Part shown: positions 24,514 to 43,050 of the stretch, piece after piece
How the letters are laid out: each line of letters starts with the position of its first letter
Numbering within the stretch: position 1 is the stretch's first letter
DNA from: Chrysomallon squamiferum
Lineage: Eukaryota > Animalia > Mollusca
Length of the DNA stretch: 64,000 nt
Reading direction: 5' to 3'
Assembly (NCBI GenBank): GCA_012295275.1
Contig: CM022667.1
Location: forward strand, 3,906,001-3,970,000
Notes under the pieces: generated by a model
Database searches by the model: none
What the model saw: only the letters and a program-made list of their open reading frames with translations
Told to the model about the DNA's origin: nothing
Translations under genes and position numbers: made by a program

Positions 24514-27500
24514 ATGAGTTTCTCTGGCCGCAGATCGTCTGCTGAACGCTGGCTGTCTGAAAATGAAAACAGTAATTTGGTTTTATCCGAAGCAGACGAT
24601 CAAAACAAACGACTTGTTTTTCAAGTACCACGCACCAGCATTTCATTTTACATTGATTGCTCTGGAGATCTGGTAAGCATTTTAATATGTTAATCTTTCA
24701 AAAAACAAATTTTGATATTTCATTTATTTAATATTCCTATTTATTTATTTAATTTTTATGTATGCATATATATTATTATATATAATTAAAATAATTTTGT
24801 GTTAGATAAGATTTATTCTGTCATGTTTTACTTTCACTTTCGATATTTTATTTATTTATTTATTTATTTATTTTTCATTTTTTTCTTATTTATTTAATAC
24901 GGATCTTTTAATTTAATTAATTTATTTATTTAAAAACCCCAGCAACAATTTTATATATAGATTTTTGTGTGTATTCTTCTTCCTCCTCTTCTCCTTCTTC
25001 TTCTTTTATAAATTAAAATACATTTAAAATAATAATATGTATAATAATAATCATCGGAATGTCAAGAAGCATTGAAGAATGTCACGTTTTTATATTTCAG
25101 GAACAAACGCGCCAGTCAGAAAATAAAACTTGACTTATAAATTGATTTTTTAGCTGATGCAGATATAGAAAATAACCACTAATAATTCATAACAGAAGAC
25201 ACACCAGTCTCTTTTTTCAATAATCTGCCTTGCTATCTGTCTGAATCAACTGGTCATTCATCTGTCCATCCATCCATACATTCACCTTTATGTTTCCTCC
25301 CTGGAACAAATAATTCGAATTTTCATTCTTCCATTTGTTTCTGTCTTTTCAGTCTTTTACATCGTTCTTTTATTTTCTTTTTCCGACAACGATTAATTAA
25401 TTTACAGCACCTGTGGAAACGTGTACAACGATCGAGACAATGAGGAATCTTCTCTCAGTCTTAAAAGCAGACATCATCTGGATTACGTCAAGCAGAGAAA
25501 AACTATTGGCGAGATACTTTTGGTTTTATCCGAAGCAGACGATAACAACAAACGACTTGTTTTTCAAGTACCAGGCACCAGTATTTCACCCGTGAGTATA
25601 AACTTGAGCTTTCAATGATTGTTGTAAATAGACATTTAACCTGGTTAAAAATAATAACAATAATAATAAAAAAAAATAAAAATAGTAATAAATAAATAAT
25701 AATAATAAAAATAAATAAATAAATAAATAAAATAAAGAAATAAAAACGTAATAATAATAATAATTTTTTTTTGCAAGAATATGTGATGACATCTTTGTTG
25801 CAGTAACTTGAGTTTCATACTGCTGTTATATACAGATGATGTGCCAGTTGTCTGTAGTACAGATAATTTTTATAATAGGCACACAATAATAATACTGAAA
25901 AATGACATAAAAAGCTTTAAGTTTAAACAAAAATAGGGTTTAAAAAGATAAAATTTATCATCATAACCTATTTTCATTCATCTGTTATTTTAGTTGATAG
26001 AGACCAGCAGTGTGAATTCAGAAGGTGATGAAGATAAGAATAGTGATGATGATGATAATGATGATGAGGATGATGCTTACTATGCACTGGCTGAAGCTGA
26101 TGTTGAATCAGAGAAAAAGACAAAAGAAAGTGATAGGTCAGTAACTTTGATTAATTCAAATTAGTTAATATAAATTAATAATGTTATCAAGTTGTATTAA
26201 GAAAAGATAATAAATAGCAATCTGAAGAAATGACATTCTTCTTCATTATAATCTCGAGTTTAGTCAACAAATGTCTGATTTGTTTTTGGTCACAAATAAT
26301 CCTGTTATCTCAGTCAATTTTCTTTTCTCATGAATTATACAGCTTTTTGAAAATAAGCTGAGGGGGATAATATTAATTATTGTTAAAAATATTTTCTTTT
26401 ATAATAAGTATTTATTTTACTAACTTTTTGACATAAAATAATAAAATATTTTTGATTGCTTGCAGTGACAATGGTGAAGATTCAAATTATTTTAATGCAC
26501 AAGGCTCTCAAACTGCAGTAAAACGTTTATTAAAGGGTAAAACTAAAATGTCTTTGTTTACTGTAAACATTTTTTTTCATCTTGTCATTTATATATACAT
26601 TGTGTGTGTGTGTATGTATGTATCTATGTATCTATGTATGTGTGTATGTATATGTGTATGTATATATGTATGTATGTATATGTATGTATGTATGCATATA
26701 TGCATGTATGTATGTATGTGTGAATGTATGTATATGTGTGAATGTGTGTATGTATATGTATGTATGCATGTATGTATGTATGTATGTATGAATGAATGTA
26801 TGTATGTATGTATGAATGCATGTATATATGTATGTATGTATGTATTTATGTATTTATGCATGTATATATGTATGTATGTATGTATTTATGTATGTATGTG
26901 CATATATGTATGTATGTATGTATATATGTATGTATTTATGTATGTATATATGAATGTAGGTATGTATGTTTGAATGAATGTATGTATGTATGTATGTATG
27001 TATGTATGTATGTGAATGTCTGCACCAGAATATGTCCATATGTATATGTTTGAGTAAGTGAGGGTTAATTTATGTATGCATGCTTGTGTGTGCAACAATG
27101 TGTGTGTGTGTGTGTGTGGTTGACCATGAATGCACACAATGTTTGTGTTTATTTCCTTTGAAACATAAAATTATTTTTGTGCCATCTTTATGATTTGGAT
27201 AAAGTATTTTTTTTTTTAAAGAAAAGAAAAGTAGACATACACCCATGTACACAGTATAATTTGCACATATGTTACTTAATGATATATTTAGATATATTAT
27301 TAAAAAAAGTCAAATTATAAAAAAGTTTTAAAATGTTGACTGCTTCATTTTCAGAATTGAAAGAAATGCAAAAATCAAAAGGAAAATATGGAATTACTGG
27401 AAACCCAAGAGGAGATAATTTGTTCATCTGGGTGATTATCTTTTATTATAATTAATTATTTATAATGTACTCTCTCTCTCTCTCAAGCACACACACACAC

Positions 27501-29962
27501 ACACACAGATCATTATATATAATATATATAAACAAACCAATAAATCCTATGAATTATTGTTAGATATATAAAAAAAGAAAAAAAGAAAACATTTCTCTTT
27601 AAAACTGTTTAATACATTTTTATTATGAAACTTACATTTGTATTTTCAAAGGATGTCGAGTTGTCTTTTCCTGACGATACAAAGCTTCAAAACGATCTTG
27701 AAGAATTTGCAGAGGCATCTGGTCAATTAGTAAGGATATGTTGCTAAAAATAATATCTACAATTACTGTATTATTTCTAAAAGAAGGTAATCGAGACATG
27801 TTTTTTTTTTTTTTCTTTTTTTACTCTATGTGTTTATGTATATGTTCAAGTGTGTGTGTGTGTTTGTGTGTAAAGTAATATAAAAGCAATGACAGTGCAT
27901 ATAATCTTTGTTTCTCATATTATTTATTCATTTATTTCAGCCTGTCATATCATTGGAGATGAAGTTTCCAGATGATTTCCCATTTTCACCTCCGTTTATC
28001 AGAGTTATCCGCCCTCGATTTCAGTTACTATCAGGTTAGCGTTTTTTCCTTCAAAAATGTTTGTTTATAGATCTTAAAATGAAATGATAAAGACTATACA
28101 AGCAGATGAATTAATTAATTTAGTTAATTTTCATTTGACTCATTTATGATTGAATTTATTTTTAAACTCGATGAAAAATATCTTGATGAGAAAGTATAAA
28201 AACAAAAGTTTTTAACAGGTTTCTTTTTTTCTCTTTAACTGTCTATTTCAGACTCATCAATCTGATCATTGTAATTGAATGTCTGAATACCTGGCACTGG
28301 CAGTCATTTATGATGGCACAATGTGTCATTTCATGTATTGTTCAATCTTTACAATGATGCAAGAATCACTGAACACATCTTACACATGTTATAATTATGT
28401 CTTCTTAGTTAATAAGATTGTTTTGACAAATAGCCATCACTTTATCAGATACAATTTCAAGTGCACCACACAACTGGCTTATGCCAGATTAAATATAATT
28501 GATTGCACATAACTGCACCCACAAGGACTGTTCAGATATCTTTATACAATAAAAATATGTTTATGAATTCGTTAAACTGTTTGTAACACTGATATAAGCA
28601 CATGACAAATGTGACAATTACAACAGTTGACTGTTCTCTATTGGCTTTATTTAGCGTTTGGTTACTATTATTACTATTATTTTTATTATAAATATATAAA
28701 GATTGGAATGCAGTTAGTTTTCTTTTTCCATTATGCATTTTGAATATAATTATCATTTAACACATTAATTATTAATATATTAAAATATGTCCAGTTCATG
28801 TAACAAAATTGAATTCTTTTTCATGTGAATTATTAAAAGATGTCAAAAATACTAGCATAAATTTTATTATGGAAATTAAACACTGTAAATACAAAAGTTA
28901 TATATATATAAAAAAAAACATATTAATAAAACAAAAAATTATTGTGAATTTATTATTCTTAGTGAATAAAGCTGTAATCTATATCAAGTTCAATTATTTT
29001 CATGTTTAATTTTTTGAAAATGCTATATTCTAATAGGGCTTGTATGAACTGTAGGCGTTCCTACATCACACTTCACACACTCATTGGTAAACTTGAGTGA
29101 AACATGGCTGCGTGTTTACCATTGGCATCTGATAAAATCACTGAAAATGATGATATTGCTGAAACCCTGTGTGAACATTTGTTTCTCAATGTTTTATGAC
29201 TTAATTTGTCTAAAAATACAAGTGGTAAGTTATTCTAGAATATTTAGGCATTGTGTCTGAATTCTGTAGCTTCAGGTCTAAGGGAGGAGCTACTGATTGA
29301 AAAATAGATGTAGGCTGCAATTTGCACAAGGACTGTTATAAAGTGTGAAAATACACAATGACATTTTTTACTTCTTTTTTTTGGATAATTTATTTATTTA
29401 TTTATTTTTTATTTTTTTTTTTAAGAATTTTCTGCTGTCACTGAAGGAGGCAGTATATTTATAGAAGAGCTGAGAAAGTCTGGATGGAATCTTTCAAATT
29501 GCATAGAGGTGAGAAAGGCATAGACTTAAAATAATAATAATAATAAATAAGTAAATAAATAAAGATAATAAATATGAAATAAGCAGCTATCTGCTGTCAA
29601 GCCAACATTTCTTGAACTGTTTCTTGTTAACTGTCTAGTTAGTTAACATGGAACAGTTCATGAAATTTTAACACTGATAGAACCATCTATCTTGTCTGCT
29701 GTTTGTAATTTTTTATTAATGTCATTATAGTGTTAGTACTGATGTGACAAGTGTCTAGGATGTGAAATATTATTATTATTATTTACAGAACATTCTTGTG
29801 CATGTACGGAGTGAAATTCTGAGTGATCCAGATGCATCTCTGGACATGAGCAATTCCAAGTCTGATTACACAGAGGAAGAAGCTCGAGATGCTTTTAGGC
29901 GAATGGAGGAATTTTGTGGTGGGATAAATAATACTAACTGTGATACTATTGAACATTATTAG
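24514..29962 (+). CDS. UBE2Q-like copy 3: pseudo-E2 (Cys to Phe); exon 2 disrupted as assembled (assembly artefact or pseudogene)
   Basis: Exons 24514-24672, 25408-25591 (184 nt, scrambled, early TGA), 25994-26136, 26466-26536, 27355-27431, 27652-27729, 27941-28034, 29426-29508, 29789-29962. Active-site exon [28 protein letters not shown] (TTT 29458-29460). A 1-nt deletion near the end changes GWDK* to [14 protein letters not shown]. Skipping exon 2 (phase 0 both sides) gives an open 292-aa ORF. Confidence 0.6.
26601..27015. repeat. Degenerate (TATG)n microsatellite in intron 4 of copy 3
   Basis: Direct inspection; paralogous to 19111-19530. Confidence 0.95.
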
Positions 29963-30189
29963 TAATAACTGGTTTATGTAAACAGATAAACCACCACCAG
30001 AATTTTAAATAGACTCTTTGTGATATCATTAACTATTATTAGTAATAACTGGTTTATGTAAACAGATAAACCACCACCAGAATTTTATACAGACTATTTG
30101 TTAGGATCATTAAACATTATTAGTAATTATTTATGTAAACAGATAAACCAGCATCAGAATTTTATACAGATTGTTTGTTAGGATCATTA
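29954..30189 (+). repeat. About 80-bp tandem repeat, 3 units, at the stop and 3' UTR of copy 3
   Basis: Three units starting near 29954, 30034 and 30115. Confidence 0.85.
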
Positions 30190-30334
30190 CTAGTATAATC
30201 TTTAACAAAAAACAACAAAATTGAAATTAATTTAGTAGAATACAAGATGTATCGTGATACTATCATAAAACAAGAACAGATTAAAACGATCATTCATAAA
30301 AATATTTTTATATAAATGGTCATATATCACGCGC

Positions 30335-30367
<33 letters not shown>

Positions 30368-30747
30368 TAACAAGTAATAAACAAATAAAACAATTACTTG
30401 GGAGTAAAAAATTTCAGTTTGATATTTTCTTTTAAAACATGTTATACATACAACCAAACACACCTGTGTGCACAGATGACAGAATTTTCGTTTTTAACTT
30501 AAAATCATTTTTATACTTCCAAACATTTTTGAATCTGTGATACTGTTTAAATTTTATTTTTGTATTAATTTAAAAAAAAAAATGTATTTATGTATATATT
30601 TATATATTTATTTTTAAAGAGATTTATTTGAAATGTTTAAATGTGAAGGAGAAATAATTCGGAAATAATTGTATAAACCATGAAATATCATGTTTGACGG
30701 ATTTTTGGGTTATAGTATTGTTTTGTGCATTTATGCACATATGTTAT

Positions 30748-30790
<43 letters not shown>

Positions 30791-31204
30791 GTTGTTATGT
30801 AAACATTAAACAGATTCTAAATGTTTTTCCAGCTTTCAGAAATCTGGAAAGTCTAGGTAACCTGTTATTTGTTTTTAAATTGACTACTTTTGAATTATGT
30901 GTTTTCTTTAGCTTCTGTGACTAAAGTTGAAATGAGAGTGTTGTTGTGTACATTGGAATTTACATTCTTTGTGCTGTGTTTAATTATTATGAATATGTCT
31001 TTTGCATATTTGTAAAAATAAATAAAAAAAGTTTTATTTCTAAATTTTTGCTTTTCGATTATTGCAGAAGCAAAGTGTTTTAAAATATCTTTTGAATTAG
31101 GCTATAATGAATAGATTAATTTTATCCACATGTTATTTTTTATTTTAATATTTATTTATTTAGAATATTTATTTTAATAGATGTATTCTTTAACATTATT
31201 ACTG

Positions 31205-31235
<31 letters not shown>

Positions 31236-31929
31236 ATATTATTATTCCATTATTATCATTGTTATTGTCGTTGTCATCATCATCATCATCATTATTATTA
31301 CACACACACAGACAATAATATTCACTTGCCATCCAAATGTAACAAACAAAAAACAAAAAAAAAAAATCATAAAAAATCGTTTTATAATACTACTTTATCT
31401 TCTGTCGTTATCTATAAATAATTCTGTTACTTAATTCAGTGGAAACTTACATTATTTTTTCCATTACCAGCAAGATGTTTTCTGATGGATAATCTAGAAG
31501 CTATAATACAACAGATTACAGAGCGCATGCTGGAACGTGAAATAGCTCTGTGAAGAGCAGAATCAGAATTAATTGTATTAAATTTGTTTATAATGTTATT
31601 GAAGAAAAATAGCAATTAAATGTCATAAGGAAAGGCGAAAAAAATAATAAAATAATAAAATAATAAGAAGAAAAATAAGAAATAAAAAACAAAAAAAAAA
31701 CTAAAAAAATAATTATATAAATAAAAAGGAGACATAAGATTTTTGTTAAGGAATTAACTCCATCCGTTTAGACGTTTGGTCCCACATTTATTTTTGTCAG
31801 TAATCTAAATATAATACAATACAATTAGGCCTACCACACGAACGCGCAGTGTATTTTTAAATAAATAATTTTTATCTTCTTGTTTCATACGAACTTCTTT
31901 ACTGTTATCCATATATTTTATTTTAAAAA

Positions 31930-31962
<33 letters not shown>

Positions 31963-32505
31963 AAACCCTTAAATAAATAAATAATAATAATAAAATTAGA
32001 ATAGATTAATCAGCTTTATATCTACAGGAGAAATAAATAAATAAATTGATAAATTAATAAACAAGACGATATTCTCAGTGTATTATAATTACAGAGCAAG
32101 AATAATGCGCAAAACGACGAATTTGATCCGTTGACAATGCACCAAGAACAACCATTTTGCCAAAAGATATAAATCGAGTTGATCATAAAATTATCGCCGT
32201 TATCTTAATTTCTAGTTAGAAAGCCTATCCAGATTCCTAACTGAAATCGTTGATAAAATTAGCATATTGTAGTGGATTTGATGGATAATACCGAAACTAA
32301 TCAGTCGACACGGAGAATAGCTGAAATAATTACTGATTTCGTTTCGAAAAAATTTCAGTCTCATTTTTTGACAAATAACAAGCGTCGTGTACTTTTGGTT
32401 TCTCCTATTTTCATTTTTCGTATTTTTAAGCGGAAACGGGGAAACATTTATCAGCATTTACGTTCAGTGACAATAATCGTGTCTGACTGACAAAACTTTA
32501 TAACT

Positions 32506-37417
<4,912 letters not shown>

Positions 37418-37501
37418 CGGGTTATCCCAATGGCAGGATTACCTCCCTTGTCGCCATGACACAAAATAATCGCTAGCCAAAAATACGAACTTAATATTCT
37501 G

Positions 37502-37698
<197 letters not shown>

Positions 37699-38081
37699 AA
37701 AAACAGGCATTATTACGTATAAAAAGATATCTGTTACACTATGGAGAATAAAATTTCTAATATACTGATGTTTTTAAATATGAATATATTTATATGTAGT
37801 ATTTATGTATGTGTGTGTGTGAACTCTGACACACCATAGCCGCATTCTGGTGTTAAATCTTTGCAGTTAAACGTTTAAATTTGCTTTTAAATATGCAGCT
37901 GATCTTTCATTTAAAACATCGCTAACTCACATTCATATTCTTAACTCGGTGACAGAAATAAACGACGGTTTTTATAATTTTATCAAAATCTTTGTAACGA
38001 CCTTGCGGAGCTTTTTGAACTCCAAAATAAAAACTTTTGTTTACTGAACATGGTTTAGAAATCATTTATTACACAAGATTA

Positions 38082-38085
<4 letters not shown>

Positions 38086-38147
<62 letters not shown>
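38086..38147. repeat. (CA)n microsatellite
   Basis: Direct inspection. Confidence 0.95.
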
Positions 38148-38150
<3 letters not shown>

Positions 38151-39684
38151 CACACTGTGCCGAACATTGGACAGGTAACCTGTTTGTATCTAACTACATT
38201 TTATTATCAACGACCTACTTTCTTTAAGTCCGAAAGTATATTTGTGTGCGTGCGTGCGTGCGTGTGCGTGTGTATGTTGTCTTCATGTTAATGACACACT
38301 GACAGTCTAGTTGAAATTATATATAAATTATAGATATATATATATCTACATCTACGTGATACATTATTGCGAAGAGGACGTTTTATTGTCAATTACGGAT
38401 TCTATACATACATATTTACATACATATATACATGCACAGCATACATATACATACATATACACACATACATACATGTACGCACACGCACACATTAATCTGT
38501 ACACACACACATAACCACGTACATATAGAAATACACAGCGGTACTGACCTGTGAGGTCAGCTAAAGAGTCCATACATCGCAAGTGGCCCTCATCAAAGTA
38601 ATAAAAATTACGGACAATTCTAACATATTTACAATCTTTATTGACATAGTCCGCACCAGTATATATCGAGTTTATTGATGGAAGTAGACAAAAACATTTT
38701 TTTTTCCACGTTATAATAAGTATAAGGTATTTTTTTTTGTGTGATTTAAAACAAAATAGAGATCCGATTCATGCCGGCCTCACATCTTTTCAACCTCAAA
38801 AAAGCACTCTAACCCCGACGTTTGTAAAACATAAATATATGCATGGAATGACGTTGAATGTCTGAAATATCCAAATTATGTTCCAAATGGACTGAATTTG
38901 GCGCGGTTTACTGGCTCTGTTGATTCGACAAACACAACACTCTCTGCGTACACCGTCCAGTGCAGAAAACGAGCGACGCCAGCACTAAGAAATATCGTAA
39001 ACAATCAAATTATTTATTTTGGAGAAAACAAAGCTGAATTGGTAAGACTGTCCGCTTTAGCAGTGGAATAATATTAATAATAATAACAATGCTATTTGCG
39101 TCCCTGCGAGTCCCCTAGTTTAAAGTGGAAAACATTGAACCTGGAAAAGTGTCCGTAGATCGTAGGTGCCCTGCATTTCGGGGACCGCTAAAGACAGATA
39201 TCAGTGTGTGTGTGTGTGTGTGTGTGTGTGTCAGTATATATATAATATTCATAGAAACGTAGCGAGTCTGTAAATCCATCGAGCCATTCTTCAAAAAAAA
39301 AAAAAAAATTTCATAGTTAACAGGAATAACACAAGAAATTCATAATTAATAGCTTTAACTTCACAAACTGGAAATGAAAGTCTTCATTTTTCTCTTTATT
39401 TCTTTGTTTTTCCTGGATAGTTTCATTGTAGGGTAATGATACCGTCGTTTGTGTTCTTTCTAGAAGACTAACAACACTGGTAAAAATCTACTCTGTTTAC
39501 TGTTTTAAATAAGACTGCTGTTTTAGTGATAAGAGACGACTGAACCTTTACATTTCTAACTGCAGCTGAAATATGTAAATCGAAATTAACAAACTATTTT
39601 ACAGTACTCTGTAACTCCGGTCTGTTGCTACAGTACTGTAATGAGATGCAAATTTATTAAAACTGTACACTACCTCTTTAATCA

Positions 39685-39687
<3 letters not shown>

Positions 39688-39779
<92 letters not shown>

Positions 39780-39792
39780 CAGAGAGAGAGAG
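39688..39792. repeat. Compound (TA)n(GA)n microsatellite
   Basis: Direct inspection. Confidence 0.95.
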
Positions 39793-42331
39793 CTAAATGG
39801 GTCCCTTTAAATGACAAAAAGTTAAATCGTTTGCTGGGTCATGTTGGGTATTTTGTACTCCACGAATTAAGTTTTTTTCAGACTACCGGTATTTTATTTC
39901 TCTGTACATCCATCCACCTGTGCGTGCGTGCGTGTGTGTATGTGCGTGTTAAAAAATTTAAAATTAAAAAATTAAAATAATAAAAAATAAAGATGATATC
40001 TACGATAGATAATATAAATCTGATAACGAAAATAAGCATTTCTAAAACACTCTCCAGCTGCGATGACGTTGAACATCAGCATATTATAACGACAAGTGAA
40101 AAATGTCAAAACACGGGAATAGCCGAAATGTCAATGGTTTTATCATTAAGACACTAAAGATCTGATTTAAAAGACTGTTTTCAAAATTTCTGTAACCTTG
40201 CTAGAAGGTGTGGCTTCACCATTACAGTGCATATAATGTTTATGCAAGAATTTCATTATAGTAAAAAAAAAAAAAAAAAATTATTATATAGGTCTGTGAC
40301 GTCTCCTAGGTTACATCGATCCCAAGTGAAATGCATGACGTCATAATCAGTGGACAGGGTTTCTTGCAATGGAATAAATGTACTAAAACCAAACGTTGAT
40401 TTTTTTTTTTTTTTTATAATATTTAATTTTTTGTTTTCAAACAAATAAAATTGTCATCTGTTGACATCTGTTTTTATTTCTTAAAATAAATTAATGACAA
40501 TACTTATAATATAATATGTATATATATATATATATAATTAAATACATTTTCAAAAAGGCCAATAAGGCAATTTCAAATTAAAATGCCCCCAAAATTTGTG
40601 GCAGGATAAAAACAAAATATCGAAACTGAGTCATGTTTGTCATCGTATGACTTAAAATCTAAAACAGACTTGTTGCCAACATGTCGGGTAAAATCAATCA
40701 ATCTATCTATCTATATATATATATATATTTCTATTCACATAAATATAATATTATATTAAAATTAATAAAGAACTTTGACACGAAAGTCCTGACGTAATAT
40801 TGACTAGTAATTCTGGCACTGTGAATTTTGGCGGACATTTACGAGCGACACCGAGTGTACTACGGAATTAGCCGGGTTTTACGAACTTTTAGGTGAACAA
40901 AAAAAAAAAAAAAAAAAAATAAAAAATAAAAAATAAAATAAAATAAATTAAATAAATTAAAATAAATTAAAAATTCAGAAGACAAGATGATTTCTACGGC
41001 ATGAAAAACAGAAACGATGAACTCTAGTGAAAATAAACGCGATAAAATGCAGCTATAAATAAGAGCGAGTAGGAGAATAATTTGATTTACGTAATATGTA
41101 CGTTTTATTCAATATAGCTGAGGTTGTGGTGCAGCTGTGATGCGAATGTCTATTTATGCACTTACATGTTTGGACGTATGCATGCGTGTGTATCCGTCTC
41201 TGTGTGTTCATTTATTCAAATACTTTTCTACGTTTCTGTGTGTGTGTGGGCGTGGGTATACGCGCGCGTGTGTGTGTGTGTGTGTGTGTGTGTTTAAGTG
41301 TTAGCGTTCTTGTGTGAATGCTAAACCTACATAATTTTAATTAATACTTAATTAACTCTTGAGACGATTTAATGTCCGGACGGAATGACATTTAATATAT
41401 CATGTTTTTACTTTTGTACTATTCCTTGTTTTAAAAAATAAATATTTTTTACTGACGAAGTCAAGCAGCTACCGTCACCGTTTATTGATAAGAACCAGAC
41501 CCTGCATGCATAGATAACTGATAAAAAATAAATAAAATAAACAAATAAACAAAAAAATAAAATAAAATTAGTATTCGGGAAGAATTATAAAAAGCAAGAT
41601 TCAGTGTCAAGCACTTCAGAGAGATACAAACCTAACCTAAAAAAAAAAAAAAAAAAAAGATCTTTAAAATGTTCTTCTGTTTAAATAGATTTTAATAATA
41701 ATAATAAAAGTTTTAATCAAATTGGGTTTATTATTATGATTATTATATTTTTTAATTATTATTATTTTAATATTTGGGTTCAGAAACTCTAACATTTTTG
41801 AAAGAACGATAAATTAAAATTTTAAATGTTATTTACGAGAATGCATCGTTTTAGTTACAGGAACAGTGTTTAATAATTGAAAAATAAATAAATAAATAAA
41901 ATATATTAATAATAAGGGGAGATTTCTATTTTAGTTTATTTAAAATCCACTGATTTTATTTATTTCTTTTATTTTAACTATAGTCCTATAAATGTAATTT
42001 TTAATATTACTATTTATTATTATTATTATTAGTTTAATTTACTCTTGCTGAACACTTAAATATTTATTTTTCAATTATTTTCAGAATAAAGTTTAAAGGC
42101 TAAATAGAAATTTGTGTTAAAATTAAAATCGGCTTCCCTCCTTTTACAAGAAAAGAAAAAAAAAAAAAAAAAGAAAGCAGAACTGAAAATGTGCGATTAT
42201 GTTTAAAAATACGTAAAGTTAAAATATTTATTATTGCACATCTTCCGGCGAATGACTGATTCATCAAGGAAAATTTGAAATCTATTTTTTGTAAAATTAA
42301 ACTAAAAATTGTAAAATGAAATAACACTAAG

Positions 42332-42386
<55 letters not shown>

Positions 42387-42639
42387 AATAAATAAATTTT
42401 TGAATATCAGAATTGATTAGCACCTCATTTTTCCCCAGGCCAGAAACGAAAGCATAAATAAATGCATGCAAAAAAGAATTTAAAAAGTTATATTTATGTT
42501 AATATGGATAAAATGTTAGTAACTTGATTTTATCTACCATCCAGGAATCAATACCAGGGGATTTTTAGATAATAAAATATAAATTTAATGACAGCTCAAA
42601 ATGTTTTGACGTTAAACCACACCAAATGGAAGGGGTAGC

Positions 42640-43050
42640 GAAAATAGGAAGTAGGATCATGACGCATGCGCAGAGAGTGTTTTTCTTCAATCAGTTAGCA
42701 ACAGGGAGGAACCGCCACCGAAACATCACCAGAGAGCCTGTTATTCCTGCAATAATAGATCTCGTAACATTGGCCGTATGGAAATACATAAATAAATAAC
42801 AGCTTGGTATTGAAGAGAAGTTGTCAGGCTAGGTAACGAAAAAAAGACGAAGCAGCACCACCACCAATTAAAATGGAATGTTTTATTTCATGATTATTAA
42901 TTAGTCCAATTATAAACTAAAATGCCTAACTGCTAGTCGTAACATCATACTTCAGAGGGAAACTAATTACAATAATTATTGCTTAATTTACATAGATATA
43001 TTGTAAATCGTATCGGTTGTCGCTGTACATTCGGCGTCCATTTTGTCGTA
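42640..43050. promoter_or_regulatory. Promoter-like island with no assigned gene
   Basis: ETS-like AGGAAGT 42646-42652, NRF1-like ACGCATGCGCA 42662-42672, Inr-like TCAGTT 42691-42696, donor-like TAG|GTAACG at 42832, YY1-like CGTCCATTTTG 43035-43045. Confidence 0.3.

Noticed and set aside
22139-30189. 80-bp repeats considered as a CRISPR-like array
   Set aside because: No unique spacers, eukaryotic 3' UTR context, no cas genes.
38560-42500. GC-richer patches that might be exons of another gene or MITE ends
   Set aside because: No consistent spliced ORF, recognisable domain or paired terminal repeats found.
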